DNA of 63,458 nt, filler included, from Atractiella rhizophila (lineage: Eukaryota): NCBI GenBank assembly GCA_021432655.1. It is 4 parts of 4 records of this genome, joined end to end, with 100 filler letters (N's around TTAATTAATTAA, not from the genome) between each part and the next. Parts side by side here need not be neighbours in the genome. Positions count along the whole stretch, not along the records: positions 1 to 30,676 come from MU271396.1; 3 more parts are not named here. One strand, 5' to 3'. The notes below the pieces were generated by a model. It did no database searches. It saw only the letters and a program-made list of their open reading frames with translations, and had not been told where the DNA came from. The position numbers were made by a program, and so were the translations under genes. The first letter of the stretch is position 1. Each line of letters begins with the position of its first letter. Positions 1 through 12,837 of the stretch are shown one piece after another.

Positions 1-1520
1 AATCAACAACGATGGACGGACAGAACCCTGCGGAAACATACGATTGTCTCCCTTTTATCGTCCTTCCTCATTCTAAACTCCTTCTCTTGGAACTCCTCAA
101 ACTTTGTCCCGGTAGAGAAAAACTACACAAAGGAACTCAACAAGTAATCGTTTGCTAAAGGTCATATCACGACCGAAGAGAGCAAAGGCGTACGAGCGAA
201 GCAGCGTCCTGTTCTTTCGAGCTGATGTATCTAGTCACCACCACGCTCTCACCATCCGTAACACAGAAGTTCAAGAGGTTGGGCTCTCGATGCCCATTCT
301 TGACGGGGACGGATTCGCAGAGCTCGTTAATCTGCGCTATGGTCACCAGCATTTTTTCTCTGAGCAATTGATGGGGAAAGGTCGGAGAATCGAGTGGCGC
401 CGCCTGTCGATTCCCTTTTGATCAGCATGTTGGGCAGGATGGGAAGAGGTGAAAAGTGAACCTTTTTGAGGTTTTCGAGGAAGAGAGCGAAACACCATTC
501 GCTGTCTGTGTTGCCGTTGACGAAAGAAAAGGTTTCATCTGACAACTTGGCTTGGAGAGAACGTTTTATGGCGGGGAAGTTGGATACGCCGCCTGTAATT
601 GGGGAGCTGATTAATAGTTATCGTTTCTCAGAGGATAGGAGGTACGCGCCATTGTGCATCCACAAAAGGGATTGGTAAGTCTAATGAGTCGTGTAAGAGA
701 GGGAAGATGGGCTGAGACGAGAACTGAGATACCCATGGATGGCCTGCCATTTCTTTAGTTCTCTGAAAGGAGAAAGAAGTGAAACTAACAATTCTCTTCG
801 CTAAGAACACCACTCGTGCTGGCCCTAACGTGCGCACTTCATTCGCAGACTTCTTAGCTAATTAAGTTCCATAACGCCGAAGAACTGCGTACAAGACGAG
901 GCGCGATTTGAGCTTTGAACAAAGTTGCTGCAGATTCTTATTTGCTGTGCGTCATCCATACACCAGTTAGTCCTTCAACATTATAGTGCCCCGAGAGTAA
1001 TAAGAGACATACACCATGCTGGTGTGATGGCCTTGAATATACCTATTTACTCATCCTTTCAGTTCAAGCCTCTGCAGCGGAATTGGAAGGGATTAACATG
1101 GCTTTGTGTCTCGCTCAAGCTCCAGCGATTCGCCCACAGATTCAGGATCATACCAACCGACACCGAAACCGTCAGCATTGATGGGCGGACCCTCTAACAC
1201 AACAGATTTACGTCAATTTTTGCACACCGTGAGTGGTGAAGAGGAATACGCACCGAGACGTAGACGGGAGTCGTAAGCCTGGTTGATGATTGAACTTTCC
1301 CAACCAATTAATGAGCACACTTTCACCGAGATGAGGTAGCATACTGGGCAGGCTTGGTGATCAGCTGAGAATATCATCAGTTTTTACACTGAAAACATGG
1401 GTTGAACGAGAGGCAGACGTGAGAAAGGAGGATGGGATCTGTTCCTTTGAACACGAGAAATCTGGTTCGCAGTCCGCCTTCTCAGACGACAGGATTTTTA
1501 TGTGGGACGCACCGACACAT
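1..1520 (-). CDS. DUG3: Class II glutamine amidotransferase, DUG3-like (multi-exon, 3' end runs off the window)
   Basis: Spliced N-terminus MCR|FLVFKGTDPILLSH (Cys2 Ntn nucleophile), SIINQAYDSRLRL, NGNTDSEWCFALFL, LLNFCVTDGESVVVTRY; ATG at 1520. Confidence 0.88.
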
Positions 1521-1809
1521 CTTAATTTGTACAGATGGTTGTGACTGAGTACTGAGAAAGGAGCTATGTAGGAGTTATGGCAGCAGTGATGATGCAAAGG
1601 CTGTTACAAAAGCAAGCGTCGGATATTTATCAACTGGAATGCTGCGGGCAGGAAGGAACGGATGACATGGACTATACATGATTTGCAAATTTTTAACACT
1701 CAGATACTCGTACTCAGGGGTAACCTCACGGATTTTGTTTGCCGCTGACTTATATTTTCGAAGTAGCTGGAGTCAAGCGATTATTGTTCAACATGATCGG
1801 CATGACCCG

Positions 1810-3015
1810 TTACATGAATTGGTCTTTGTTTTGCTTCGCCCATTCTTTCCAAGTCGTTAGCTTGGTATCTTTTAGAGCTGGATTGACCTCTGATTGCTTC
1901 GTGCCGAAGTCTAGGAGAATGAGCATTAGAAAAGACGCGAACAGGAACAGCTAGAAGACGCACAGCCGAATTCGTCCCAAGCTGCAAGGTTCTGTTCCAT
2001 CTGGAGCAGGAATTGTTCAGGGAAATGCTTTGCGAATTCACTCTCGCGAACTGGTACCTGAACGTACTCAAATGGTCTTCCAGTCACTGTGAACACAAGT
2101 CACCTCCTACTGGAAAGCACCCAAGCGCATAACTCACCTTCTTCGAGATCTTTAGCGGCATCATAAAGCGTTCGCGCATCCGCAAAAACATTGACAACGG
2201 TTCCAGCTTTCTCCGGTTGTTCAATTGCAGCACGCACAAAGAGTCCAAATTCTCGAATGTCGAAGAAAGGGATGGCGGTGTCAGGATTAGTGGAGAAGGC
2301 TAATTTGCCATGTCTAGGTTGGACCATTTGGGCGAAGCTTTGTATGTAGCTATTTGTGCTATTAGCCCTTGCACCCATGAAAAAGACGAAGGTTATCAGA
2401 TGACTTACAATCCGGACTGCACGACTGCGTAAGGGATCCTAGTAGTTGCTGATTTCTCAGCCAGGAAAACTGAAACTTCTTCCTTGCCATCTGCGTGTGC
2501 AACGTGAGTGTATTTTCCATTAGAAATCTTCTTGTAGCTTGGAAGACCGGACCAAATGAAGAGCTTTAGAGTTGACAAGTTGTAAGCAATGTCAACCACC
2601 ATTTTGCCTTCTTGGGTTTCCTTCAGCGGCAATTAGGGTCCGGGAGCGGAAAGGACAGGGTGACAACTCACTCTTTCAGCAGATCCGTGCTCCCAAAAGT
2701 TTGTCATGAGCTGTTCCTCCTGTCAGTTCGAATCGAGAAGCAAGTACTAGGTTATCAACGAACAAAAACAATCTCAGCACCTTCCAGAGACTTTCGCACG
2801 GCGTCTTCGTTGCCAACAACTAAGTTAACTGCCACCATCTCGACACCTTTCCCTTTCCATTCCACGCTCGTTTGCTTCTTTGTGTCTCGTGAGAATCAGC
2901 GCAATCTATACGGCTTGGGGGATTGGATAAGAGCTTTGGCGACGGAGGAACCTTGTCGACCTGTTATGCCTGTAATGGCAACTAGCGGAGCGGACGGATC
3001 GGAGGATAGAACCAT
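1810..3015 (-). CDS. NmrA-like NAD(P)-binding protein (multi-exon)
   Basis: LVAITGITGRQGSSVAKALI Rossmann start, LKLFIWSGLP...KYTHVAHADGKEEV, IPFFDIREFGLFV, ends LTTWKEWAKQNKDQFM*. Confidence 0.85.
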
Positions 3016-3947
3016 TGGGATGCTAAAGGTTAGTACCAAGGAGAGTACCGTGTTCCAGAAGACTCACGTCTGAGTTGCCGTGGTTTGAGGGCGTTTTATA
3101 CTTGACAGACGCTCTTCTCCTAATCTTTCCTCTACGAGATGTTTACTAAGTGAACCCATGTTGTCAGCTCCCAGAACCGATGGCAGCCTTATTTGTATCG
3201 CACATTCCGTTCGAAGTCTTGCTTGCCTTCATCTGTTCCTTGTAGTGCCTCGAAAGTGCTCAATAGTAAAGCACTGTATCTTTCGGACGACGGCAAGTTC
3301 ACTGTTGGGCGTCACGACGAGGTAGGACGGTAGATTGCTGGCTTTAAGGTGAATGCCCGCTACTGAATTCACAGGTTGATACCTATCTACATTCGACGTG
3401 TTAGGATGGATAATGGGAGCTCTTTAACTTACCGCATCCCGGCGCAAATGTCCAACAGCACACTGCGCGATGCTGCCGTGTTTCCTGGATTTACCGTCAG
3501 GCTTCTGCATGTTGAAGGAATACAGTGGTCAAAGAGGATCGCAAAACATGGGCTGCACTAAGCCACTACTGTAAGCCATGTAAAGCATACGTTTGCAAGA
3601 GCTCAGCTAAATGTAATCACGCTCGTACTTAACTCGCTTGCAGCCACGCCGAGACGACAAGGTTGGTCTGCTTCAAGTTTTCCGCATTGAAGACCTCAAT
3701 CAATTCTTCTTCACCTGGAATGTCCTCTTGCGCCGGCTGCCAAGGATCAAGTTGGCACAAGCGTCGAACATTTAATAGGGGAGTCATCACTGCCCATCGG
3801 TTGATTTGCTCATCATGAGGGAGAAAATGTTCGTGAAGTTCGTGACATTGCACTCAGAACCCATAAGCAACAAACAAATATATTCCAACGACATGAGAAA
3901 TCCCAGCAACATAGAACCCGAACGTCTACTGTTCTATCTATTCACTT

Positions 3948-6164
3948 TTATGCAACATCCCTCCTACCAGACTCGACGCTCCCAACATCATCACCATTCT
4001 CCTTAGAATCTTCATCTCCATACTTCTCCAAGTCGTGGCTATTCAGCTCCTTGACCCTTTCGGGCGTCGGTGGATGCATAACTCCCAATTCGTCCCGTGC
4101 ATCATCACCGAAGATCTGATTGATTTCTTCGAGCGATTTTCCTTTTGTTTCAGGGTAGAAGAAGGTGAATACGAGGGCACAGAGAAAGTTGACCACTGCA
4201 AAGATCACATAGTACTTCCACCTTTCAGAATAGGCAATGTTAGCCCTCGTTGGCATGAAAGAGCCTTCAGAGATGAAAGCAAGGTCCGCTTACCCAATGT
4301 GCTCTAGAGCGATCGGCGACACTTCAGTCAATAGGGTCGAGAAAAGGTATCCTGATGCTTGTGCTACACCATGGGCTTTCGCTCTCATTTGGACCGTGAA
4401 GACTTCTGGAGGGTAGACCCAGGAGACGGGTCCCGAGAATAGGGAATGGAAGACTGAGACTGAGAAGACACCTAGGTTTCGTCCAAAGATCGGAAACATT
4501 ACTATTGAAATCAGGAGAATGACGCACAGGCAACACTGAAACGTTGGGCTACAACGTTGACGTGTCTTTACGGCGCATTGGATTAGGGATGCCGTGAGGA
4601 GTGAGAGTCAAATAAATACTCACTCGGCTGTTGGTGGGTAACTCGCTGAGCTGCAGGATCAAGCACATTAGGCTCCAGATTACTGCGTGCAATAGAGAGG
4701 ATGGACTTACAGCGCCGCGATGACGGCGAATGCCGTACAATACCCATATGAAGTGATTGCTGGTCATCATGGCCAAAGGTCAAGCCAGTCTATCCGTGAA
4801 TCGAGAGTGGACCTACCCAAGAGCGGGACACGCCCAACCTTTTCTACGAAAGTTAGAGCGATAAGTACGCAAATAGGCGATAGACAACCGTAGAGACCTA
4901 ATTATGCGTTCGATCGGTATCTGCACATGCCGAACGTATCTCAGTGAAAAACACACCAGTCACGAGGAGTTGGGTATCAGCATTAAACTTCAAAGCCCTG
5001 TAGATGAATGGCTGGTAATACTGCACGAAGCTGAGCCCAGAAATAATGGTCGCAGTCCACACGAAAGTCCCGAGGAACAGACGGCGCAGAAGGCTTTTTG
5101 TCGTTAGGATTGTGTACCACGATGTGCCGTTCTTCATGTAGATAAGATCGGCGCGAACAGAGTCCCTGATGTGCGAAAAATATAGCTGTCAGCATCACAA
5201 ACATCTCGACCAGCAGCGGCAGAGGTTTTAGAGGGACAAAGATTGCTTACCGAATCTCGATGAACTCTGCGGTTACCGCGTCAGGATCGTCTTTGTGCCT
5301 GTACCAACGCAGGGACATTTCTGCTTCCTCCTCTCTACCTTTAAGACACAACCATCGTGCTGCTCAGCGTTGTTAGAATTCTGTCTCAGAGGGAAATGGG
5401 AGAGAAGCGAACGCGATTCGGGAATGAACATTACTCCAGCACCAAGGATGATTGCTGGGATGGCTGTAAGAGCAAAGCAGATCCTCCATGATCCCGCATT
5501 CTCCACAAACTTGAATCCATAACCCGTCCAAAAGGCAGTGAAGAAGCCCATGGCGACGAAGAATTGGGTCAGACCATTAGTTCGCGCTCGCTCAGCCTTC
5601 TTCGAAATCTCGGCTGAAAAAATGGGAGAAGCGGAGGTGATGGTTCTGTTGTTCCAGGTCAATTGCCGTCTTCTCACAAATCAGGCAAAACCACATACGC
5701 CACGCATCCTCCCTCGAATGCTCGCCCAACAAGCAGCATTCCAAGGTGTGCCGAACCGGCCATGAATCTTTGTTCCCCACAATGAGAAGAGAAGGGACGG
5801 TAGAATGTTGATCGCCTACCCAGCGCCGATGACTCCCAACACACATCCGAGGAGCACAGTCTTCCTCCTCCCCAATCGATTCCCCACCAGTCCCGAAAGC
5901 AGACCACCAAAGAAACCTCCTGCCTGGTACACGGACACGACAGCTCCCGTCACAGCTGACGAGGGGTGATGGAAATACTTGACAAAGTTGGGTTGCACGA
6001 GAACGGGAGTGGTGATACCGCTGTCGAATCCATACAGGAAACCGCCTATTCCTTCTTCAACCAAAGGAAAAAGCAATATGAGGAGTTGACGTACCAATGG
6101 CCAAGTAGAGAGAAATGAGAAACGGCCTCGTCAGGACAGTACGCTCCAGAAGAGAGGGAGCCAT
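3948..6164 (-). CDS. MFS sugar porter family transporter (multi-exon)
   Basis: GGFLYGFDSG, GNRLGRRKT, SPIFSAEIS...RAR, FIPES, GPVSWVYPPEVF...MRAKA, FFYPETKGKSLEEI. Confidence 0.93.
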
Positions 6165-7707
6165 CGCGTTCGCTATTAATATGAGGCGCTAAGCTCAAAG
6201 CAGCTTAGATATCGCGATGAAGAGATTGGCTCTTTGGCGTGTTTTTGAACGCTCAAGCTGCAGGAGCAGGATAAACAGAGGACGCTGCCTATTTTATGGG
6301 GTCGCGTTGCGGCAAGATGTGTGTGGAGGAGGCACTAAGGATTAGTTTGGACAATGCTCCGATCCGTCCATAACCACGTTCAAACCCTGAACAGGTTCAA
6401 TGGTTGCAAAATCCTGCACATCCATCGTTCTTTCGTCTGCTTCTGTAACGGATCAAGAGGAATCGTGAGCCGACACGCAAAGATCGCAGCAGCAGAGGGA
6501 TGAATTGCTGGTTTGGTAAGGTTTGCAAAATGACAACGTAACAATAAAATGCTTATCTAACGATCGACACGGATCTCAGACTGAACTGCACGGATTCGAG
6601 ATTAACAAACTTAACTTTGCCTGTCCCCTTGCATCGGAACATCAAGACCCCTGGAGCTGCAGAACATCATGTCCGACAAACCAGCAAAGTCATGAGCAAC
6701 GGAGGGATGCGTTCAATTCCCATTCCCCACCAACGTCCGTGTCGCGATTGCAAACCAAACAACCAGGGAGCAACAGATTGATTCTGGTTTCCCCTCATCA
6801 GCGATACAACACTGGAGGAATATTTGTCCCTCTTTCCGAAAGCGAAAACGAAAAGGAAGTGTTCTGAATATCACGGCGGCGGAGACTTCAACACAGCATT
6901 GCAGACTTCTTTCGTCACAGCAACAGGTGCCAACCGTGCCGGGAGCAGAGATGGTGAGGGACATACTGCAAAAAATGAATCAGGCACGGATGGATGTAGG
7001 CAGGTTGAAGCTTTGCAGCGTGTAAAAGAAAATGAAAATGTTCAAGTTGCTTGAGCCGAACCAGTCCATTTGGGAGAAACTTCCCGTCATTGACGAAAAT
7101 GAATCGTCGCACTTCTCGGGAGATTCCTTGCAGCAGGCATACTGTATCCGCGTTGCACCAGCTTGAACTTTCGAAAACTTTCATCGCTGCTCAAAATCGG
7201 CACAGACCCGATAATTATCATAAACTCAATGCTCTGCCAATAGTTCCGAGTCGCACACATCAGTCGGAAAGAGGCGAAGAAGAGCTCAACACCACAGGTA
7301 CAGTGCACTTATACCCTCTGGAACACATCAAAGCTCCACAATATTGTGACTGTGATATCGCGTCATAGAAGAGAGTCACATATTGGCGGGATAATATCAT
7401 CTCTCCTTTGACAGAAGGTAGGAACTTGCAAGCCTGGAAGCTTCTCATCTTTGATAAACCTTCCAACCTTCCTGCTGCAATCTTCCCAACAAGCGTAACT
7501 TCCTTTCATGGATGTTCATCACGCTACTTTCCTGCACCTTCTTGCAACACGACTCGCTCTTCCTTCACCTTCACCCTACATGGTCACACGCCTCGACCTG
7601 GCCACTCCCGGGTTCTATGACAAACACCTATTCATTGCTTACACTGCCGTTATATAGTATCCTTCTTTATTCCTTGTAAAGTCCAACGACACCAGAGATA
7701 GAAAGAA

Positions 7708-8276
7708 TCAGGCGACGAGCTTCTTGAGCTGGCCAGTCTGGGCGAGTATCTGAAGCTTGTCGTTACCTACACCCCCAACGAAACCAGTCAGTAACTCGGT
7801 CGAGTGACCGCCTCTCCATTCAACATTCCCTCCAATGAAACTAATATCCCTCCAGAACAAAAAGAGGACAGAAAACATACCTCCTACATGGTTATGGTTA
7901 ATAAAGATATTAGGGACGGTCCTCTGACCCGTCTTGCTCAACAAGTACGCCTGGATCTCATCCCCGTTGTCCAGCTCGTCGAGTTCGAAGATCTTCACGG
8001 GCTTGTCCGCTGGGAGGTTGAGTCCGGAAATCGTGCCCTTGGCTTTGCTGGTTCCATCCAGAGGGTTAGAGGGAGGAAGATGGATGGAGGGGAAGAGCGT
8101 ACCGACAGTAGGGGCAGTAGGACTTGGAGAAGACGGTGACGAAGTTGTCAGAGATGGCGCTCTGTACACCATTCAAGGTACAGTCAGCATCAACATTCGT
8201 TCCAACAATCTCCCTTCCAAACCAATCAGAGAGAGAAGGGAATACACACATCAACAAGGGAAGAGACCTGGGTCAT
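7708..8276 (-). CDS. Dithiol glutaredoxin (CPYC)
   Basis: [34 protein letters not shown]...IQAYL...[23 protein letters not shown]. Confidence 0.93.
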
Positions 8277-8774
8277 GGTGGCAGAGGAGTGCTTTTGTTT
8301 ACTGGATGAGTTACCCGTCTTGAAAGTGGCTCTGAGGAGCGGAAGAAGCGTTCTGGAGGATCGGAAGGAGGTGGAGAGCAGCAGGTTGGCTGTATATATA
8401 TACGAAGCGGTGGAGCCTGTGTCTATTGCCAAAAGACGCAATCAGTCAGCTGAATTCCGTAAGCTGAAGCGAGGATAGCTCAGCGAATGATTGAACGCAC
8501 ATCTACAGTTTCTAGACGACGGAGGAGTGGGCTGAGGGTGGCGAAGGCGGTGAGGTGAGCAACTTTGAGCTTGGTTGTGGTTGTAATGATGGAATCGTTT
8601 GCCTCGCACCCGAAGAGTGTCGGTCGGAAATGGCTCTTGAGAACGGCCACCTCATTCCTTCAGCGCATCTCGAGCTATCTATCGCACAGTCCGTCCCACA
8701 GCAAACTTCACAGCAAAGCGTCTCAGAGAGATCCTTGTCCTTTCACCTTCAACATCTTATCGTTTTTAGTCAGG

Positions 8775-10177
8775 ATGCGGTCCATCTCCCTCCCTGCGGT
8801 CATTACCTCGGTACTCTTCCTCCAGTCCCAATTCGGCGCGGTCAACGGTCATGGATCCCATGAAGAGGCCCATGGAATGACGGTAGACGATGATGCGTCG
8901 TATGCCCAGAAACATATGGTACAGGAACACCATATTTCAGATTTCGACTTGGGTGAGTTTGCAGCCTTTTATATACTAGATGGAGAGGGGAAGAGCTCGC
9001 AATGCGAGAATGGAGAAAGAGTAAAGGGTGCACCTGTCTGTCTGATGTTCCCTCGGGATGACAGAGGGACCAAATAAGGTCCATGGATGCGCAACAATCA
9101 AAGAGACGTGAAAACGGAGCTATAACATGTTGCCAAATGTTACAAACATACACAGTCAACTCTTGGGGCTATTTGGTAGATTGGATGAGCAACCGATGAG
9201 GAAGACAAGCGGTTTAAGGATGCAGCTACAAGGGAGGATAATCTCCTTCGTCGCCGAGCTGAAAGTGTTGCTGGCCCCCGTTATTTTGACTCCTACCCAG
9301 TAGGAACTTGTAAACAAGTAGCAGTAGCAGGGCAGAGACGTATCAATTCTCGAGCTCCAACTTGCGAGATGCTCATCTTCATTTTCCTTTTTCGTCAACT
9401 TAAACTGATCCAGTAAGGATCATGCTGACCTTTTTCTTCTGTACAGAATCTTTCTTCCACCTACATGACATGGATCGAGACGGAGTCCTCACGCCATCCG
9501 AGCTCGAGCAAATCTACGGCATCCACCATGAGACTTCTCAAGGAGAGTCTGGCTCCTCGGCCGATCATGAACGCAAGTCGAAGGAGATATTGGAGCGTGT
9601 GTTAGCCAGGCTGGACAAGAATGGAGATGGACTCGTCACTAGGAGGGAATTTGTGGAGGGTGGGATGGGAGGTCTGCCGGATTTCAAGAATATGAAGGGA
9701 TTGGGACATCACTATGGTGCGTTTTCTGTTTACGGGGCGACTCTCAACCGAATAGAAGAGAAAGAGAGAAAGAGACTGATGTTGACGTAACTGTTATGGT
9801 ATACAGATACGGAAGGCGAATACTTCCTCCACCACGAAGAGCTCTACCACTCGACTCCAGAAACCCAAACCGACGAATCCTACAACCACCCCGAAGACAT
9901 CGCGCACTTCACGCACCACGAACAGATCGAACTGGAAGAGGAGAACAAGGTGCGCCTGGCCCAAGGCTTGGATGCGCTCGACAAGGACGGAAGGGAGATC
10001 AAGGGGAGCGCGAGGGAGCACACGCAGAAGATCCTCGGGTTGAAGGAGGCGAAGCAGGAGGCCGATCGCAGGGGGTCGTGGGGAACCACCAGGGGTGGGT
10101 TTGGGAAACCGAAGGATACGGCGGATAGGTTGAGGAAGAGCGTGCCTTATAAGTATAGGGTTAAGACTAATTGGTGA
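8775..10177 (+). CDS. Secreted EF-hand protein, SSP120/nucleobindin-like
   Basis: Signal peptide MRSISLPAVITSVLFLQSQFGAVNG, HMVQEHHISDFDL|ESFFHLHDMDRDGVL, second EF-hand LDKNGDGLVTRREF, GLGHHY, EYFLHHEELYH, YNHPEDIAHFTHHEQIE. Confidence 0.85.
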
Positions 10178-10399
10178 GCTCTTCTTCCTTTGTTTGATAG
10201 GAAGTAGTGAGGCTGAGAGAATGATAGGTGGGGAGAGTTCTAAACTTTCGTTGAATGTGGCGGTTTCTTGCGGTCAGGATACATGTGGGGAACAGCGGAT
10301 TGTACCATATTCTTATCCTTCCTTTGTATGATGGAATCAGCATTCCATTTCTATTACACCTCATCTCGTAATGTGCCTATTGAATGAGACTCAGACGCC

Positions 10400-11635
10400 T
10401 CAACAATACCTATCATGCTTGACCTTCATCCGACGGTCTAACATCTTCTCCCTTAAATCTCCATCCTTCTTCGCCTTCTTCAATTCACCCACATCAGCCG
10501 TCGATCCCACAAACCTCCCACTACCCCTCGTATGAGCTTTCCTGATCTCTTCCTCCTCCACCCCCTCCAACCCAGCCTTCCGCTTCTTGCCCCCTCGCAC
10601 CCCTTCATCCTTCGGCTTTGCCGTTGGGAGCTTATCAGCCTGCATCCAGGCCCTCCAGCCTTGGGGCTCCTCTCCATCCGCCCTCGCTTCCAGCCTCCCA
10701 TCTACCGTTTCGTCGACCGTGAGGAACTTGCCGTAATGATTCTGGAGCCCGACCCATCCATTCCCGCCTCCATACGCGTCGGAGGAGAGAGGGACCAACG
10801 TCCACTCCTCTTGCACGCCTCGCGCCTCGCTCGCACAGGTGACCTCGCCGATCTCGGAGCTGGAGAGGTATCGATTGGCGGAGGAACGGAGCGTGATTTT
10901 GTCTTCGGAGTCGAGGATGCGCGTGCATACGAACACGTGGTGCACGCTCGTTGGGGGGACGAAGGTTGGGGAGGCGGATGAGGGGGAGGTGGAGAGGGAG
11001 AGCGTGGCGTCGGAGGGGAGGTCGAGGCCGGCGAGGTCGGTGGGCGTTATGGTTGGAGCAGCGGAGGTGGGGACGGAGGGCAGGGATGGGAGGATGACGG
11101 TTGAAAGGGTGGGATTGATGCCTAAGCAGACTCCGGTCGGCGGAGGGGAGGAAAGGTGCGTTGGGAGAGCGGAGATGGGAAGGGTGAGGTTGATCGGTCC
11201 GAGTAGGAGTGAGGCTGACGGTGTTGGGACCCAACCTGTGACGTATTGTCAGCATGCAGTCTTTTGGATATAAACTCTGAGAGACAAAGGTGCATTCTGT
11301 GTTCTAGATGCATTCCGGGAGATAGCTACCTCTCCTTTAGACAGGGATGACAAAGAACTACGAGAAGAAGAACAGAGCAATTGCACTATGAAGACCTTGA
11401 GCTTTGAAACAGCTCAGAACGATCACACATCCACCAGCCAACGAAGTAATGCAAAGATAAACGTACCGTCGATCTCGTCGCCACCAAACTGCCCTTCTCC
11501 AATCGTGTCAGCAGCCTCCATCGCTTCCGCCTTCCGCTTCCTGCTCTTCTCCTTCTTCTTCTGGTCCTGCAAGTTGGACCTCTCGCCTTTGAATTTCAAA
11601 GACTTTGACTTTTTAGAGGACTTGTCTTCTCCCAT
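10400..11635 (-). CDS. FRG1: FRG1-like protein (fascin-like fold)
   Basis: MGEDKSSKKSKSLKFKGE..KKKEKSRKRK, ITLRSSANRYLSS..GEV...EARGVQEEW, ELKKAKKDGDLREKMLDRRMKVKHDRYC*. Confidence 0.9.
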
Positions 11636-11786
11636 TTCTGTGCTTTTTCGGGTCTGCAACGAGTAACCAACTACTGCTACTGAATATTGTTGGGCCAAGC
11701 TGCTTGCGGCATGGCCCCTCGAGCCCTCAGGCTGAACCTTGGGGGACTGCAAACTTTGGACACCTGACTTGAAGAACGAAATCAGC

Positions 11787-11819
11787 TTCAATATTCAATA
11801 TTCAATATTCAATATTCAA
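11787..11819. repeat. Heptamer microsatellite (AATATTC)x~4.5
   Basis: ttcaatattcaatattcaatattcaatattcaa read directly. Confidence 0.9.
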
Positions 11820-11951
11820 CCCTTGTTGTCAACCAATATATTCTCATATCTATTCTAATCTCTGGAGAGAAGCCTATTAGATTAAGTACTCCTTCCATGG
11901 CGTTCAAAGGCAGAGGAAGCCGCGTATGGAAGCGTACGCTGGCCCGCAGAG

Positions 11952-12155
11952 ACGCGTTCTTGCAACGCGTCCCATGTACGCAACCCTATCCATTCACCTG
12001 ACAAGGACGCGTAGTTCTCTCATTAGCATTCAGAGCTGGGAGGTGTCTTCGTATGAATATGGGTACCTGAGGGGAAGAAACTTAGAGACGCAACGCCTAA
12101 TAGAAGCGCGTTTGTTCCTCTGTGTAGATGCAACGCAACGGGTCTCGCTACGCGT
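11952..12155. promoter_or_regulatory. Cluster of four ACGCGT (MCB-like) sites
   Basis: ACGCGT at 11952, 11965, 12007 and 12150, in the divergent intergenic region upstream of the TATAAAA at 12227. Confidence 0.45.
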
Positions 12156-12333
12156 TTCTTGAAGCAGACGCTTTCAAAAAACATCAACGAGTTGTGCTAT
12201 TGAGGTCGTAGGTATTGATTCAAAAATATAAAACCACGCCTGGGAACGGAACAGGCTCAACCACATCCTCCCTTCCTCTGTCCTCCCTCCTTCCTTTCTG
12301 TGAATTCGTACCCATCTTTTATTGTCCTAAATT

Positions 12334-12837
12334 ATGACCTTTTTACCACCAGACCAATCTACTCCCACTAGGAGGACCGTGCAGAGCTCCCTCGACGCAT
12401 TCCACGCCCTCAAACTTGAAACTGTTTCTCATAGAACCACACCTAAGAAAGGCCAGTCTCTCCGTTTCGGCCTTTCTCCTCGCAATTACTACATCAAATT
12501 CGTCAACGAGCGAAGGATGACCAAAGTGGACGTGCCTGAGGACGATTGCGGGCTGCTTGATAGACATCTATATCCAGCTATTGAAGTCTTTCAAGACCAA
12601 AAGTGGGTTCCCGTTCTGCCCACCGACAGCGATCCAGAGTCGCTTCGAACGTGGATAAAAGGCATGGGATTATGGGAATATCGTTGTTTGACCCTCGACC
12701 ACGGCACGGCACAGGCTCGTACTTTTAGTCCCATCAGAGGTGATTCAACTTTCAAGAGACCCAACCCCATTGCGAGATGGCTGGCCAAGAGCAGTGATGG
12801 ATTAATTGCTCGAATTGCTCAGGCTTATCTAAAGTAA
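12334..12837 (+). CDS. Hypothetical protein (167 aa; may be spliced further)
   Basis: ATG-initiated ORF downstream of TATAAAA (12227) and a CT-rich tract; no recognisable family. Confidence 0.45.
   Translation: MTFLPPDQSTPTRRTVQSSLDAFHALKLETVSHRTTPKKGQSLRFGLSPRNYYIKFVNERRMTKVDVPEDDCGLLDRHLYPAIEVFQDQKWVPVLPTDSDPESLRTWIKGMGLWEYRCLTLDHGTAQARTFSPIRGDSTFKRPNPIARWLAKSSDGLIARIAQAYLK

Noticed and set aside
3629..3853. Protein-like 74-aa minus-strand ORF
   Set aside because: Short, unrecognised, and no supporting exon structure.
6523..7620. Cluster of overlapping short ORFs between the transporter and the glutaredoxin
   Set aside because: No coherent gene model or motif found.
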